Source: Tortispora ganteri (Eukaryota). Taken from it: DNA of 64,000 nucleotides. A program made the translations under genes and the position numbers. Under the pieces are notes generated by a model, which saw only the letters and a program-made list of their open reading frames with translations, was not told the origin of the DNA and ran no database searches. Position 1 is the first letter of the stretch. Every line of letters starts with the position of its first letter. The stretch is taken from NCBI GenBank assembly GCA_003707115.1, contig PPNB01000005.1:186001-250000 (forward strand), read 5' to 3'. Shown here piece after piece: positions 43,342 to 54,049 of the stretch.

Positions 43342-43671
43342 CTGTGAATGTTGTAGGTAAAAGCGAGGTGCATCTGTTAGGGTGATGGGAGTTCACACGA
43401 GAGACAAGGCGGGTCACTTATACCAGATGGGGAACAATGATAAAACGACTACTAATGCTGGAGAAAGGTGGGGTTATTTTCTCATACTGGTTTATATATA
43501 TAATATTTAGGATAGATAATAGAACGGTCGCGATAAAATATGACAGTTTTTAAAACAGGACCGATTGAAATCAGTTAGGCTCGCAAAAAGTCCATATACA
43601 GTCCATGGCCTGTGATTGGTTGTATACTGGGATCTTTTTTTATCACGCGGGATACACCGACGCACATTTAC

Positions 43672-45555
43672 ATGGAACTGAAGAAACTATTAACGAGGTT
43701 CAAGTTCCCATGCGCTACGCATTCAGTAAAAGAAGCTGCATTGCTTTTGAAACATCATAATGATATAAACAATATAGTACTACATGGGTTTATTCACAGA
43801 AAACCACATTCACTTTCAAAACAGCTCTGTTTTGGCACCGTCCGTCAAGGCACTGACACCGTTCAGATCATTGATACAAGGTCAAAAAAAGATACAAACG
43901 ATTCATGTCTTTTAAGCACTGTTTGGGCTGAGACACCAGTTGCTGTAAAATGCAAAATTTTCAATAACGAACTTCATGTGCTTCATATTCAGCCACTGAA
44001 CTCTTCTAGTCGACTAGCTACCCAGCTAACAACATCCGGAAAGACTGCTAACTGGCCAAAAAACCTTCGATTTATGGAATTGCGCTGTGATCAAACTTTA
44101 CATGACAATATTATACGACGTGCACATATATCTTCGGCTATACGTAGAAACCTCGAAGCACAGGGATTCACAGATATAGAGACGCCGCTCTTATTCAGAC
44201 CAAGTCCTGAAGGAGCCGCTGAATTCATCGTGCCTACTAGAGAAAAAGGTCTTTTCTATGCGCTTCCACAGTCTCCGCAACAGTATAAACAGCTACTAAT
44301 GGCTAGTGGTATCTCAAAATACTATCAGATCGCTAAATGTTTCCGCGATGAAGATCTCCGCAGAGACCGACAACCAGAATTCACGCAAATCGATCTCGAA
44401 ATGTCGTTTGCATCAGCTGAAAATGTTCAAACCGTTATAGAAACTCTCATTATTGATATATTCGATAAATACGCTTTACAACCGTTGCTTCCTGCTGAAG
44501 GTCCAGGTATCCTACCACATTCACAGTTTACAACACTAACGTACCTTGACGCCATGAAACTATACGGTTCCGACAAGCCGAACCTCACACGGCCCGACCT
44601 ATTTTTTAGCTGTCTCACTGATTCTAGCCCACAGTTGCTGAACCAATTGCAATATAATCCCATATGCAGCGAATACCCTGAACTTGACATCTTAGTACTG
44701 TCGCAAGGCGCTAGTCGATCTGATGACTTCTCTAAGCTACGCAAATTTGTTCACTCCATAAAGCGGGTGTCTATACGGGCTGTCCAAAGTGAAGGAACAT
44801 GGCTGAATGGTCTGCCGTTCTTTGCAAATACAGAACCAGATACAGAGTTGCAGATTGCTCTTGCATCTTCTCTCGGCGTCCGTACAAACGACCTCGTTAT
44901 CTTCAGCGACAGACAGACCATCCCATTCGAGGTACCGACACCACTAGGACGTTGCAGAGACTTTATATGTGAACATAACTTGTTCAGTGACACTGCTACA
45001 AAAGAATCGCGCGCTCTGTGGGTCACTGGCTTCCCACTGTTCTCGCCCACGCAACTCGACACTGAAAAGAACATCAATGGAAGAAAGTATCCAATTTTCA
45101 ACTATAATGTTCCAGAATCTACACACCATCCTTTCACTATGATGCAGCTAGATGATGCAGGGATCGCAGACTACAGCGCTACTTTCACTAAACCCGAGGA
45201 CTATCTGGTAAAAGGTATGCACTACGATTTGGTGATCGATGGCATGGAAGTTGGTGGTGGATCTGTACGCATTCACGACGCAGAGCTTCAACGACATGTA
45301 TTTGAAGACATTCTTAAACTGCCCGAGTCTACTATGGAGTTTAAGCACTTGCTTAAAGCGCTAGAAATGGGCTGCCCTCCGCATGCAGGAATTGCTCTTG
45401 GGTTTGACCGGCTGTTGACAATATTGCTAAAACAACAGTCGATTACCAGCATGATTGCTTTCCCAAAAAACACATCAGGCAAGGACGAGACAGTAAAGTC
45501 CCCTACAAGCGTCCCACAGTCCGTGTTGGACCGATACCATATACAGACCAGTTAG
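43672..45555 (+). CDS. MSD1: Mitochondrial aspartyl-tRNA synthetase
   Basis: IETPLLF, PEGAAEF, YALPQSPQQYKQLLM, CFRDEDLRRDRQPEFTQIDLEM, HHPFT, GGGSVRIH, GCPPHAGIALGFDR. Confidence 0.95.
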   Translation: MELKKLLTRFKFPCATHSVKEAALLLKHHNDINNIVLHGFIHRKPHSLSKQLCFGTVRQGTDTVQIIDTRSKKDTNDSCLLSTVWAETPVAVKCKIFNNELHVLHIQPLNSSSRLATQLTTSGKTANWPKNLRFMELRCDQTLHDNIIRRAHISSAIRRNLEAQGFTDIETPLLFRPSPEGAAEFIVPTREKGLFYALPQSPQQYKQLLMASGISKYYQIAKCFRDEDLRRDRQPEFTQIDLEMSFASAENVQTVIETLIIDIFDKYALQPLLPAEGPGILPHSQFTTLTYLDAMKLYGSDKPNLTRPDLFFSCLTDSSPQLLNQLQYNPICSEYPELDILVLSQGASRSDDFSKLRKFVHSIKRVSIRAVQSEGTWLNGLPFFANTEPDTELQIALASSLGVRTNDLVIFSDRQTIPFEVPTPLGRCRDFICEHNLFSDTATKESRALWVTGFPLFSPTQLDTEKNINGRKYPIFNYNVPESTHHPFTMMQLDDAGIADYSATFTKPEDYLVKGMHYDLVIDGMEVGGGSVRIHDAELQRHVFEDILKLPESTMEFKHLLKALEMGCPPHAGIALGFDRLLTILLKQQSITSMIAFPKNTSGKDETVKSPTSVPQSVLDRYHIQTS

Positions 45556-45633
45556 TGATTGATTGATTGTATGTATTATTAATATTATCAACGAAGACAA
45601 TGGTCTAGAAAAAAAAAATCAAAATCGAATCTA

Positions 45634-47397
45634 TCAATAGCACTCTAAGACACGCAAAGTGTTGGTGTGTCCACCACCACGAGTCCATCCCTGTATAGTG
45701 ACAACAGCGTCGCCTTTGCAGAGCAAACCGAGCTCCATCGCAGACTCCATGCCCCATTTAATTCGCTCTTCAACGTCCTGGCTCCATTTGTTAGGGTCAT
45801 CCTCTCGTGGTTTCGGATAAATGAACGGGTACACGCCACGGTACAGGTGTGAGTACCGTCCAGTAAGAGGGTTCCTGGTCACCATAAGAATCGGGCAATT
45901 CGGTCTATATTTGGAGCATAGACGCGCAGACGTACCGGAAGTAGACAAAACCAAAATTGCACGTGCATTCTGCTCAAATGAAGCAGACACTGCTGCAATT
46001 GCAATGGTCTCAGAGGTATCAGTAGGGCGCATAGTAAGCGTACGTAGCTCGTTGAACAAAGGAGGATAGCAAATAGCCTTCTCAGCCAAAAGACAGGTCT
46101 CATGCATCATACGTACAGCCTCTTCGGGATATGAGCCCTTAGCTGTTTCACCAGAAAGCATAACACAGTCGGCTCCATCAAGGACAGCGTTTCCGACATC
46201 AGAGACTTCGGCACGGGTAGGACGTGGGTTGTAAGTCATAGATTCAAGCATCTGGGTTGCACAAATAACAGGTTTACCTGCACGTTGACACTTAGCAATC
46301 AGCATCTTCTGAACAATGAATACCTGAGATGCAGGAATTTCAATGCCGAGATCACCGCGAGCAACCATTACACCATCAGTGACAGCGAGAATCTCGTCAA
46401 AGTTGTTGACACCTTGTTGGTTTTCGATCTTCGCAATGATCTGAATGTCCTTGCCATCTTCACCCAGAACGCTACGAATATGAGTGATATCGCTAGCATT
46501 ACGGATAAACGAGGCAAATATCATGTGGACTTTGTTCTTCACACCGAATCGCAGATCAGCTTTATCTTTCTCAGAGAGAGGAGGAAGATCGACATCGGTT
46601 TTAGGCAAATTGACGCCTTTCCTAGAAGAGTAAACACCGGAATTTACAGCAATCACTTTTATAGTCTTATCGTCGACAATTTCCTCTACTCTGAGGGAAA
46701 TGTTGCCGTCATCGACGTAGATGAAGCGGCCAGGTTCAATGACTTTAGTGATGTTCTTGTAGTCGACGTACATTGTAGTGCCGTCGCAGATTTTGGCGTA
46801 CTTGTCGTCAGTACTAATAATGAGAGACTGTCCAGCGTCGATTTTGACGTCCTGATTGTCGACAGTTTCGCCTGTTCTGATTTCGGGTCCTTTTGTATCA
46901 AGAGCGATCGCCAGCGGACGGCCCGGATAGAGGCGCTCAGCCTCACGGGCATTGTCGATCACCGACTGATGGTACTCATACGATCCATGAGAGAAGTTCA
47001 TGCGTACAATATTGAGGCCGCATTTGCGGAGTTTGTTTATCATTTCGGCAGAATTGGTCTTGGGGCCTAATGAGGGGTGTTGTTAGTACTGAACGAGGCA
47101 AGGTAGAGAGATGACCATGGAGGCAAATTACAAGGGCAATCGGAGAAAAATAAAGCAAATTGAGGCAACACAGTCATATCTGAGCTCGTAAGTTCAATTA
47201 AACAGCCAACATACGCAGATCAGAAATGCAACAGGTGATCAGCGTGTTTCGCAGGAGAAGGAAAATAGTTAGGAAAATTACTTACCAATTGTTCCGATAA
47301 TAGATGAACGGCGATAAGAGCCTTGTGGAATAGCTTCAACATCGAGTGAAGAGAGCCATTCGAGCGAAGTAGTTGGAGTATTATTAACAAAAGCCAT
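45634..47397 (-). CDS. CDC19: Pyruvate kinase; exons 47286-47397 and 45634-47066, intron 47067-47285
   Basis: Splicing the GTAAGT...TACTAAC...TAG intron restores [52 protein letters not shown]. Confidence 0.97.
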
Positions 47398-47993
47398 CTT
47401 GAAGAGGTTTTCACAAATAGAATGATTGAAAGAGAAAAGGCAAGGTTTTGCCTGTTATATATGAAAGTGTAACGCTGATAAGGTTTTAAGGTTGTATGCA
47501 AATTACCCGTCTGATGAAAACTTCAAAATGATCGAGAACAAGTTATTGACCTTAACAAGTACCTGTAAAAAAAGTGGATTAGGTAAGTAGCAATAGTATA
47601 CAGTTGTGTGACTTTATGGTGTCCTTGGTAGACGTAAATTGGGGCAGATGCAGTAGTCTAAGCGTTGCAATCAGTGCAAACTGTTGGGGTAACGCTGGGC
47701 CTTAGGGCATCATCCACTATGTGACGCTTGCAAACAGTAAAGGAATACGTTTCGCAAGAAAAGACTCAATACAGCCAGCAATTGAGTACATAAGTATGAT
47801 CGATTAGTATAAAAGTTACCGGAGTCAGAGCAATGCCATAATCGAAAGATTAATGGAAAAAAAAAATGCGGCTCGTAAACGGTTAATGGTCATGGGGTAA
47901 GGGCTGATTTTAAGTTCTGTTTCAACAGTGTGTTATAGCTGCGAAATATCTGCGAAATAGAAAAATCAGCTTATTGAAGATCAGACAAGATAT

Positions 47994-48716
47994 TTAAAGA
48001 AGTTTGTTAAGTCGGGCAACAATTCCGTCATCGGGATCTGTTAGTTTTGACAGCATCACGATGCGCGACTCAAGTAGGTCTATCCGTAGACGGTCTTTTG
48101 ATAGACCCTTATGATAAGCCCGTATTTTCGTTTCTATATCTGACTGGCGTGCGTACTGTTGTCTGTAATGTTCTATTTCAGCAATTATACTATGCCGTTG
48201 CTCAACTAGTTCGTTAAGCTCATTGGTCAACTGTGTTATGGTGAATGAAGTTGTATGACCGTTAGAACTGTCATAATTCTGCGATAATGAATTTTCATTT
48301 ATCAAATTTTCATGTTGCAAAACATCATCCTTCAGTAGCGATTTGTCCTCGTGGTCTGAATCGTGGTCTGAATCGTGGTCTGAATCCGTATCGAGCAGTT
48401 GTACGGGGAGGTCAATCTCAGATCGGCGCTGAGTTCTGAGTTGCGGAAGTTTTTGTGCATCTATTTGATGTTGCAGTACAGTATCTATTTCCAAAACACC
48501 TGATACTTTCCTGTTTGCAGCACCTCTTAATTTCGCGTTACGTTTCTCTAGCCGTGTATTGCGTGCTTGACTAGTGAATATCGATCCGCGAGTCTTGACG
48601 GCAGCAAGTGTACCACCGTCCACAGCAGTCTCACCGGCAATATCGGGTGTATCAGATATCTTGTCATTGGCAAATTCTCTGAGTTTTTTGTGTACCTTGT
48701 CGTTTCGGCGATTCAT
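47994..48716 (-). CDS. Hypothetical protein with C-terminal coiled coil
   Basis: About 240-aa ORF from ATG 48716 filling the gap between genes; heptad-like C-terminus; no confident family. Confidence 0.65.
   Translation of the reverse strand: MNRRNDKVHKKLREFANDKISDTPDIAGETAVDGGTLAAVKTRGSIFTSQARNTRLEKRNAKLRGAANRKVSGVLEIDTVLQHQIDAQKLPQLRTQRRSEIDLPVQLLDTDSDHDSDHDSDHEDKSLLKDDVLQHENLINENSLSQNYDSSNGHTTSFTITQLTNELNELVEQRHSIIAEIEHYRQQYARQSDIETKIRAYHKGLSKDRLRIDLLESRIVMLSKLTDPDDGIVARLNKLL
48349..48386. repeat. 12-bp coding tandem repeat TCGTGGTCTGAA x3 (encodes DSDH)
   Basis: Exact units start at 48349, 48361 and 48373. Confidence 0.9.
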
Positions 48717-48831
48717 GACGGTACATAAGCGCAACCTGAACGCGGTTGAAGTGCTGAAGAATAAGAGAAAGGGAAACGAGGTTCAGGGTATTCACCGACC
48801 GTCTACCACTATTTTTTCTGTTGGCTGCGAT

Positions 48832-49275
48832 ATGTGGTTCTGGCAGCAGAACGAAATAGATCAACGTACAAGAGATGAAAATAAGGAAGAGTTAAATACA
48901 TTAGGTCAACAGATCGGTGTTGAATTTTACTCGATAGACGGGCCAAAAACGCAAAAACTGCTGCAGTTGATGAAATCAAGCAAGTCGCTTGATCTGCCGG
49001 CAGACCAGCGTTCGAAAATCAGTACCGCGGCGCGATTTAATTGCTCGGATATCGAATTGGAGTATTTTGAATGCAAACAGAATAATAAATATTTCATGAA
49101 TATACATGCAAAGAAATGTTTTGATTTGCAGAAACAGCTTGATGACTGCCGTCTCCTGCAAAGCAAGGTACTTCAGATGATCGGTTACGGCAAGAGCACA
49201 GACGACCGTGCACTGCAAGAGCTCGCAGACGATCTCGTACTGAAAGGTCAAGTCCGTTTGTCCACCTCTAAATAG
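48832..49275 (+). CDS. Small twin-CX9C protein (probable mitochondrial IMS protein)
   Basis: Starts MWFW; CSDIELEYFEC and CFDLQKQLDDC are both CX9C. Confidence 0.7.
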   Translation: MWFWQQNEIDQRTRDENKEELNTLGQQIGVEFYSIDGPKTQKLLQLMKSSKSLDLPADQRSKISTAARFNCSDIELEYFECKQNNKYFMNIHAKKCFDLQKQLDDCRLLQSKVLQMIGYGKSTDDRALQELADDLVLKGQVRLSTSK

Positions 49276-49300
49276 TAACGTAAACAAATTAATATCACAT

Positions 49301-49975
49301 TTATGCCTTCTCCATGGGGCGCATCTTTTCTGTGTCTATGAAGCAGCATATGCCCATGAACGCATCAAAGAGTGCCCTTCTGTAGTACACTTGCGGAACG
49401 TATCCGGACGCACTGAACTCTTTCTGGTCTATGATTTTCTCGTTGAGCGGGTCGTGCAGGTTATCGCTTAGAGTGATCAACGCATTAATACCTCTATCAC
49501 CGTTGAACGGTGTGAACGGCGTCGCGGGTACGCCACCTATATCTTTCTTTGGCTTATGAAGTTCCGTTTTGACGGCTCGTTGAGCCTCTAGTTTTGCTTC
49601 CATCTCGCTGACATTAATACCATTCACTAAATTGAACACTATATCCTCGATCTCTTCCAAGTATGCATTATACTCCTCCAGACTGTCGAAATCCTGTTCA
49701 GTCTTTTTGTACACTTTCATTACCCGCGCCCGGCAGTCGACCTCCTTCTCTACGCCAATATCATCAAACATCTGTTCCTTGAACTTATTCTTACGCAGGA
49801 TCTTGTCGCATCCAGGATACGGACATGGGCCAGGCCCGTAGGAGAAGATCCGGTCGACACAGTTGGAACACATCTTGTGGTAGCACTCCGTGTTGATCAA
49901 GAATCTCATCTCCGGATTTAAATATCGGCTTGATTTGCAAACATAGCATACGTCTTCGTCCTCTTTGCCCGCCAT
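49301..49975 (-). CDS. TFB3: TFIIH/CAK RING subunit MAT1
   Basis: CYVCKSSRYLNP, CYHKMCSNCVDRIF, CPYPGC, LRKNKF, EYNAYLEEIEDI. Confidence 0.95.
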   Translation of the reverse strand: MAGKEDEDVCYVCKSSRYLNPEMRFLINTECYHKMCSNCVDRIFSYGPGPCPYPGCDKILRKNKFKEQMFDDIGVEKEVDCRARVMKVYKKTEQDFDSLEEYNAYLEEIEDIVFNLVNGINVSEMEAKLEAQRAVKTELHKPKKDIGGVPATPFTPFNGDRGINALITLSDNLHDPLNEKIIDQKEFSASGYVPQVYYRRALFDAFMGICCFIDTEKMRPMEKA

Positions 49976-50210
49976 TTCATTCTATTCTTTTTGATTTAAC
50001 GACAGAGCCTATGTGTAGCGTTCCGTTAACCACTGTTTTGTCGGTCCTAACGAACTGGCTGCCAGTCATTTACAAACCTTATTTTCTGTACCCCCGCTGT
50101 TATTGGTCTATTATATGATTCACTTCCCTCCACAACTTCTCCAACGCACTTGTCTTTTAACAGAAACTTGTACTGCTACTGCTCTCTACTCTCTGCTTTC
50201 CGGATACATT

Positions 50211-51923
50211 ATGCTAGAGCCTATACAGGACCCTAAGCTTATTATACGCCGTAAAGCGAACCGTGTCTCGAGGGCATGCGACTTCTGCCACAAGAGAGGT
50301 GTACGCTGCAAGCCTATGCCTGGGGTAGATCCTTCAGTGTTGTCTAACTGTTTGACCTGCTACGAGCACAATGTTTCTTGTACATACACGAGACCTGGCC
50401 GTAAGCGTGGATCGAGAGCACGAAGCTCATCACCCTCTTCCTGTTCCTCTTCTTCTGTCACACGCGCTGAATCAGGCGGCCTTCCGCTACCTAATTACGT
50501 TCGTGCTAATTCTGATTCTTCTTATTCCTCGCGCTTCCAGAAGATTCACCCGGATACAGTACGTGCCCTCGTCAACATATATTTTGACACAATATATCCG
50601 ATATTTCCCTTCTTTGACGAAGGTGTGTTTATGCAAGACTATAAACAAAGAAAAATACCCAGCGACAGCGCCAGTTACGCTGCACTCATGGCCATGTGTG
50701 CACTCAGCTCTGCCCATGTAGCTGACGGAACAGTTTTTAACCAAGATCTCGTTATTCCTGCTGCAAAAGCAATTAATCATCAGTTTTTCATAGACGAAGC
50801 ACAGACTTTTTTGCCTAAGAACATTACCGACTTTAACAGAACAGAATACATACAATGTCTAGGCCTGCTTTCGCTAACTGGCACCCACACTTCTAACCCG
50901 CACCTGATTCACTACTATTTAGGTCTTTATAACGCTGTCGTTTGCCACTTTGGTTTGTTTGATGAGTCCCGGTGGGACCGATCTTTTTCTCTAGCTGAAA
51001 GAGAAATCCGCAGAAGACTCTATTGGTCATTATACCGTCTCGAAGTGCACTCGGCGGTCATCTACACACATATGCCTCGCATCTCGGACACTTACTCGGC
51101 AGTGGAGTATCCAGTACCGAGTGGGCTCTTCACACGTGACTATACCGATAACTGTTCTGGCGATAACTGGCTTACAGGTTGGAACGTCATTACGGATTTA
51201 TATCGTATTCTCGAGCACGCACTGGAACGATTCAAGACATCACGGCCTCCTGATCTGTCACTCGGTATTGCCAACCCATATGCGTTGCCCTATGAGGAAG
51301 TATGTTATGCCGACGAGATTCAGAATAGAGTTCCCTACGAGTTCCGAACGCCAATGCCGAAATCGGCAAATGTAGAACAGAACCGCAAAGGGTTCCAGGT
51401 GTCGAATATTGTGTGCACGTTACGGCTGCTAAAGATGGTTTGTTTTGTCGCCGATGGGCAGTCGCTTGCGAAGGCATGCAAAGTTGCAATTGATCTCATT
51501 GACGATTGTGAAATTATACCTATCGAATACTTTCGCGCAATTGGTAGTCCTATGTTCCAAGAATTGTCAGGAATTGGCTACATTTTAAGTAGCATTGCTG
51601 GCGCCTCGCTGTCAATAGAGCAGTATAATGAAATACGCATTGTACTCATAAGGATGGCTGATTTTCTGGACAAATGCGACATACGATTAATATCTACGTC
51701 TCAACGCGCTGGACCTCAATTCAGGGAATACGTTGCGCAAGTGGATGATCTCGTCCGCAAAACTCATGAATCGGCCACGAAAGACTTGTCTATGCCGCAT
51801 GACTTTGAACATTCGAACCCGTCTATGGCTAATGATACAGTCAAGCCCTTGGAGGCAATAGAAGGAGCTAACTACGAGATCCAATTTCCGTATAACTTAT
51901 TTGGAGATATGACATTTTATTAA
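50211..51923 (+). CDS. Zn(II)2Cys6 transcription factor with fungal-specific middle domain
   Basis: RACDFCHKRGVRC...CLTCYEHNVSCTY; YFDTIYPIFP; EREIRRRLYWSLY; start at ATG 50211 (alternative 50115). Confidence 0.93.
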   Translation: MLEPIQDPKLIIRRKANRVSRACDFCHKRGVRCKPMPGVDPSVLSNCLTCYEHNVSCTYTRPGRKRGSRARSSSPSSCSSSSVTRAESGGLPLPNYVRANSDSSYSSRFQKIHPDTVRALVNIYFDTIYPIFPFFDEGVFMQDYKQRKIPSDSASYAALMAMCALSSAHVADGTVFNQDLVIPAAKAINHQFFIDEAQTFLPKNITDFNRTEYIQCLGLLSLTGTHTSNPHLIHYYLGLYNAVVCHFGLFDESRWDRSFSLAEREIRRRLYWSLYRLEVHSAVIYTHMPRISDTYSAVEYPVPSGLFTRDYTDNCSGDNWLTGWNVITDLYRILEHALERFKTSRPPDLSLGIANPYALPYEEVCYADEIQNRVPYEFRTPMPKSANVEQNRKGFQVSNIVCTLRLLKMVCFVADGQSLAKACKVAIDLIDDCEIIPIEYFRAIGSPMFQELSGIGYILSSIAGASLSIEQYNEIRIVLIRMADFLDKCDIRLISTSQRAGPQFREYVAQVDDLVRKTHESATKDLSMPHDFEHSNPSMANDTVKPLEAIEGANYEIQFPYNLFGDMTFY

Positions 51924-51936
51924 ATTAAGTGGACAG

Positions 51937-52941
51937 CTAAGACATGTTATAAGTGCTTTGAATTCGTTGTCTCAAATGCTCGCCAGACGTGATTTTGTCT
52001 TTAGAAGTGTAACCTTTGGTTTTGACAACCTCGTCGAACCTCTTCTGTGACTCTTCGTCATCCTTGAGGAGCGGTTCGAGTACAAAGTCGTCATTAGGTT
52101 GGACGAAATAAGGGATTGAAAATCTGCTGCCTGATTCTTTCTCATTGCGTGGAAACGCGACTCGGTGAAGTGTGGAGCTCAGTTGTCCTGCAGTCCAGAA
52201 CTCGAGGGCGTCCCCGATATTGACAACGACTGCTCCAGGGATTGCAGGCACGTCAATCCATTGACCATCTGTGGATTTTACTTGCAGCCCGCCCTTATCG
52301 GACTCCTGCTGGTATAGCAGGGTGATTGATCCGTAGTCGCTGTGGATTCCAGCTCGAACCTCCATATCATCTTCTACCTCGCTGCCCTCTGGCGGTGGTG
52401 TGGGGATATCATGGATGTCAATTTGCGGGTAGTGGATCAAACGCATTCTGTTATGGCTTCCGGAGTGTGCGTCGACCAAATAGGTTTCTTCCAGACCGAG
52501 ACCCTTAGCGAACCCTTTGAGCAACTGGTCGGCGAGATTTTGCGTCTGTGTGAAGAACTCCTGGAGATCGGTTCTGTTTGTTTCGAGAAGGTTTGGGAGC
52601 TTGTCCATATCAGTAACGTTCTTCATATAATAGGACTCCTTAAGGTCGCCCTTACCTTTACTGGAAAGCTTTTCGTCGCGCAAAGCGGTGTATCCGAGGT
52701 CGCCAGACCCGTTATGGAATTGCATTTTCTCGTCAATGGTGGATGTCAAGAAGAAGTGACTGCAGATCGCGAACATGTTCTCGATCATGGCGCGGGTGAT
52801 GTTGTGGTTGACGACATAGAAGAAGCCAGGATTGCGGCCGACCTTCATGAGGGCTTTACCGAGTTCATCGGGCGACTGGTATAAACTGAGATCGATTATT
52901 GGTAGGGATTGCATTGCGGTAGAGAGATAAGAAGGATCCAT
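51937..52941 (-). CDS. 2-oxoglutarate/Fe(II) dioxygenase (DIOX_N/IPNS-like fold)
   Basis: LPIIDL, GFFYVVNH, GDLKE, MRLIHYP, HSDYGSITLL (HxD), VNIGDALEFW, LHRV (distal His), RFS (2OG-binding RxS). Confidence 0.93.
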   Translation of the reverse strand: MDPSYLSTAMQSLPIIDLSLYQSPDELGKALMKVGRNPGFFYVVNHNITRAMIENMFAICSHFFLTSTIDEKMQFHNGSGDLGYTALRDEKLSSKGKGDLKESYYMKNVTDMDKLPNLLETNRTDLQEFFTQTQNLADQLLKGFAKGLGLEETYLVDAHSGSHNRMRLIHYPQIDIHDIPTPPPEGSEVEDDMEVRAGIHSDYGSITLLYQQESDKGGLQVKSTDGQWIDVPAIPGAVVVNIGDALEFWTAGQLSSTLHRVAFPRNEKESGSRFSIPYFVQPNDDFVLEPLLKDDEESQKRFDEVVKTKGYTSKDKITSGEHLRQRIQSTYNMS

Positions 52942-54049
52942 TGCTGTATATAAAATGAGAACAATGGATGCAGTTTACCAGTTTAGCCGCCTCTTCCGTT
53001 CGAAGTTCTGAATAATGCCAAGCAGTAGCTGAGTGTTTATTCGTGCTCGGCAGGGATCGAATTAACAGCAGGCCAAATAGCATTCCGGCGGTTTGTTACA
53101 GATAAGATAGCAGGCAAAGCTTAAACGGCTGTCGGTTAAACTGCTAAATATATTTTGCCGGTAGTTACTGTCAACAGCCGCATGTATGCAGTGCGAAAAC
53201 GAAGCAAGTGCGAGGCAATAACAATTAGCTTTTTATCTTTTGTTATCTGTTATCTATGCTTTTTTACTTGCAATACATTTAGCAGGAATATGCACCATTT
53301 TACAGGCGTGGGGTGGAGAATTGTGCGAAGTTCCTTAAACTCTAATACTGCCGAGAAAGTATCTTAAGAGCAATATGAGGAACGCGTTCATGCAACGCAA
53401 TACGCATGCTAGGCTTTGTTAAAAAAAGGGGAAAATATGGGCAATGAATGTATATTAATAAATTATGGAAATGATATAACCTATAGTAATGTAATGGTTT
53501 ATTATGATCGTATGGACACTTCATTGCAACAAATGGAAAATCCTGGTGTCATTAGCTTTGGCGTGCTGTAACCTTATCTCGAGGATCCTATTGGCTCCAC
53601 CAGGAACGGAGTTCCAACAACAATGATTTGTTCACGGCATCCCTTACATTGAGCAGATATCTACTTATGGATATTCGGCTTGCTTCTCTTAATAACTGTA
53701 TTTTTTTTTGCTTATCTTTTTTATTTAACCGAGATTAGAAACAGTTTTGATTAGATCAAAAAGTTTTGCCTAAGACAATAAATAAAACCTTATAATATTA
53801 ATCACACACCCTAACGCTATCTACCTTTTTCTCACTTCAATTTTTTGCATTTTAAGCACCAGGCCGTGCGAATATAAAAACCCCACTCTGTCCTCCAAAT
53901 AAGATATCATAGATCCTTGTTACATTCGATATCTATTATCGACAAAAATAGCGGGCACTTAGTTGCTCTTTATCTCCTTTTATTTGCAGCATCTCTTGCA
54001 CCTTGTCAAACCATAGATCGTGCCTGCACTTCTCTTTAACTGATAAATA
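52942..54049. promoter_or_regulatory. Divergent promoter shared by the dioxygenase and the NCS1 permease
   Basis: GATAAG 53101; TTATCT at 53233, 53243 and 53250; CTTATC near 53572 and 53711; clustered CGG/CCG triplets 52987-53180; TATAAAAA 53873. Confidence 0.55.

Noticed and set aside
45634..47066. CUG codon reassignment
   Set aside because: CTG occupies the conserved Leu of VLGE in pyruvate kinase, consistent with the standard code (single-site check only)
46285..47070. 261-aa antisense ORF over pyruvate kinase, and similar antisense ORFs over the amidases, MEP, dioxygenase and LOC1
   Set aside because: Shadow ORFs of codon-biased real genes with no motifs
48574..48831. N-terminal extensions from GTG/TTG starts in the ORF track (also 9905, 34502, 35313, 39059, 41001, 43612, 50103)
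   Set aside because: Eukaryotic genes; recognisable protein begins at the downstream ATGs used in the feature list
52942..54049. TPP riboswitch upstream of the NCS1 permease
   Set aside because: No CTGAGA/ATACC...GATAAT aptamer core or suitable intron was found
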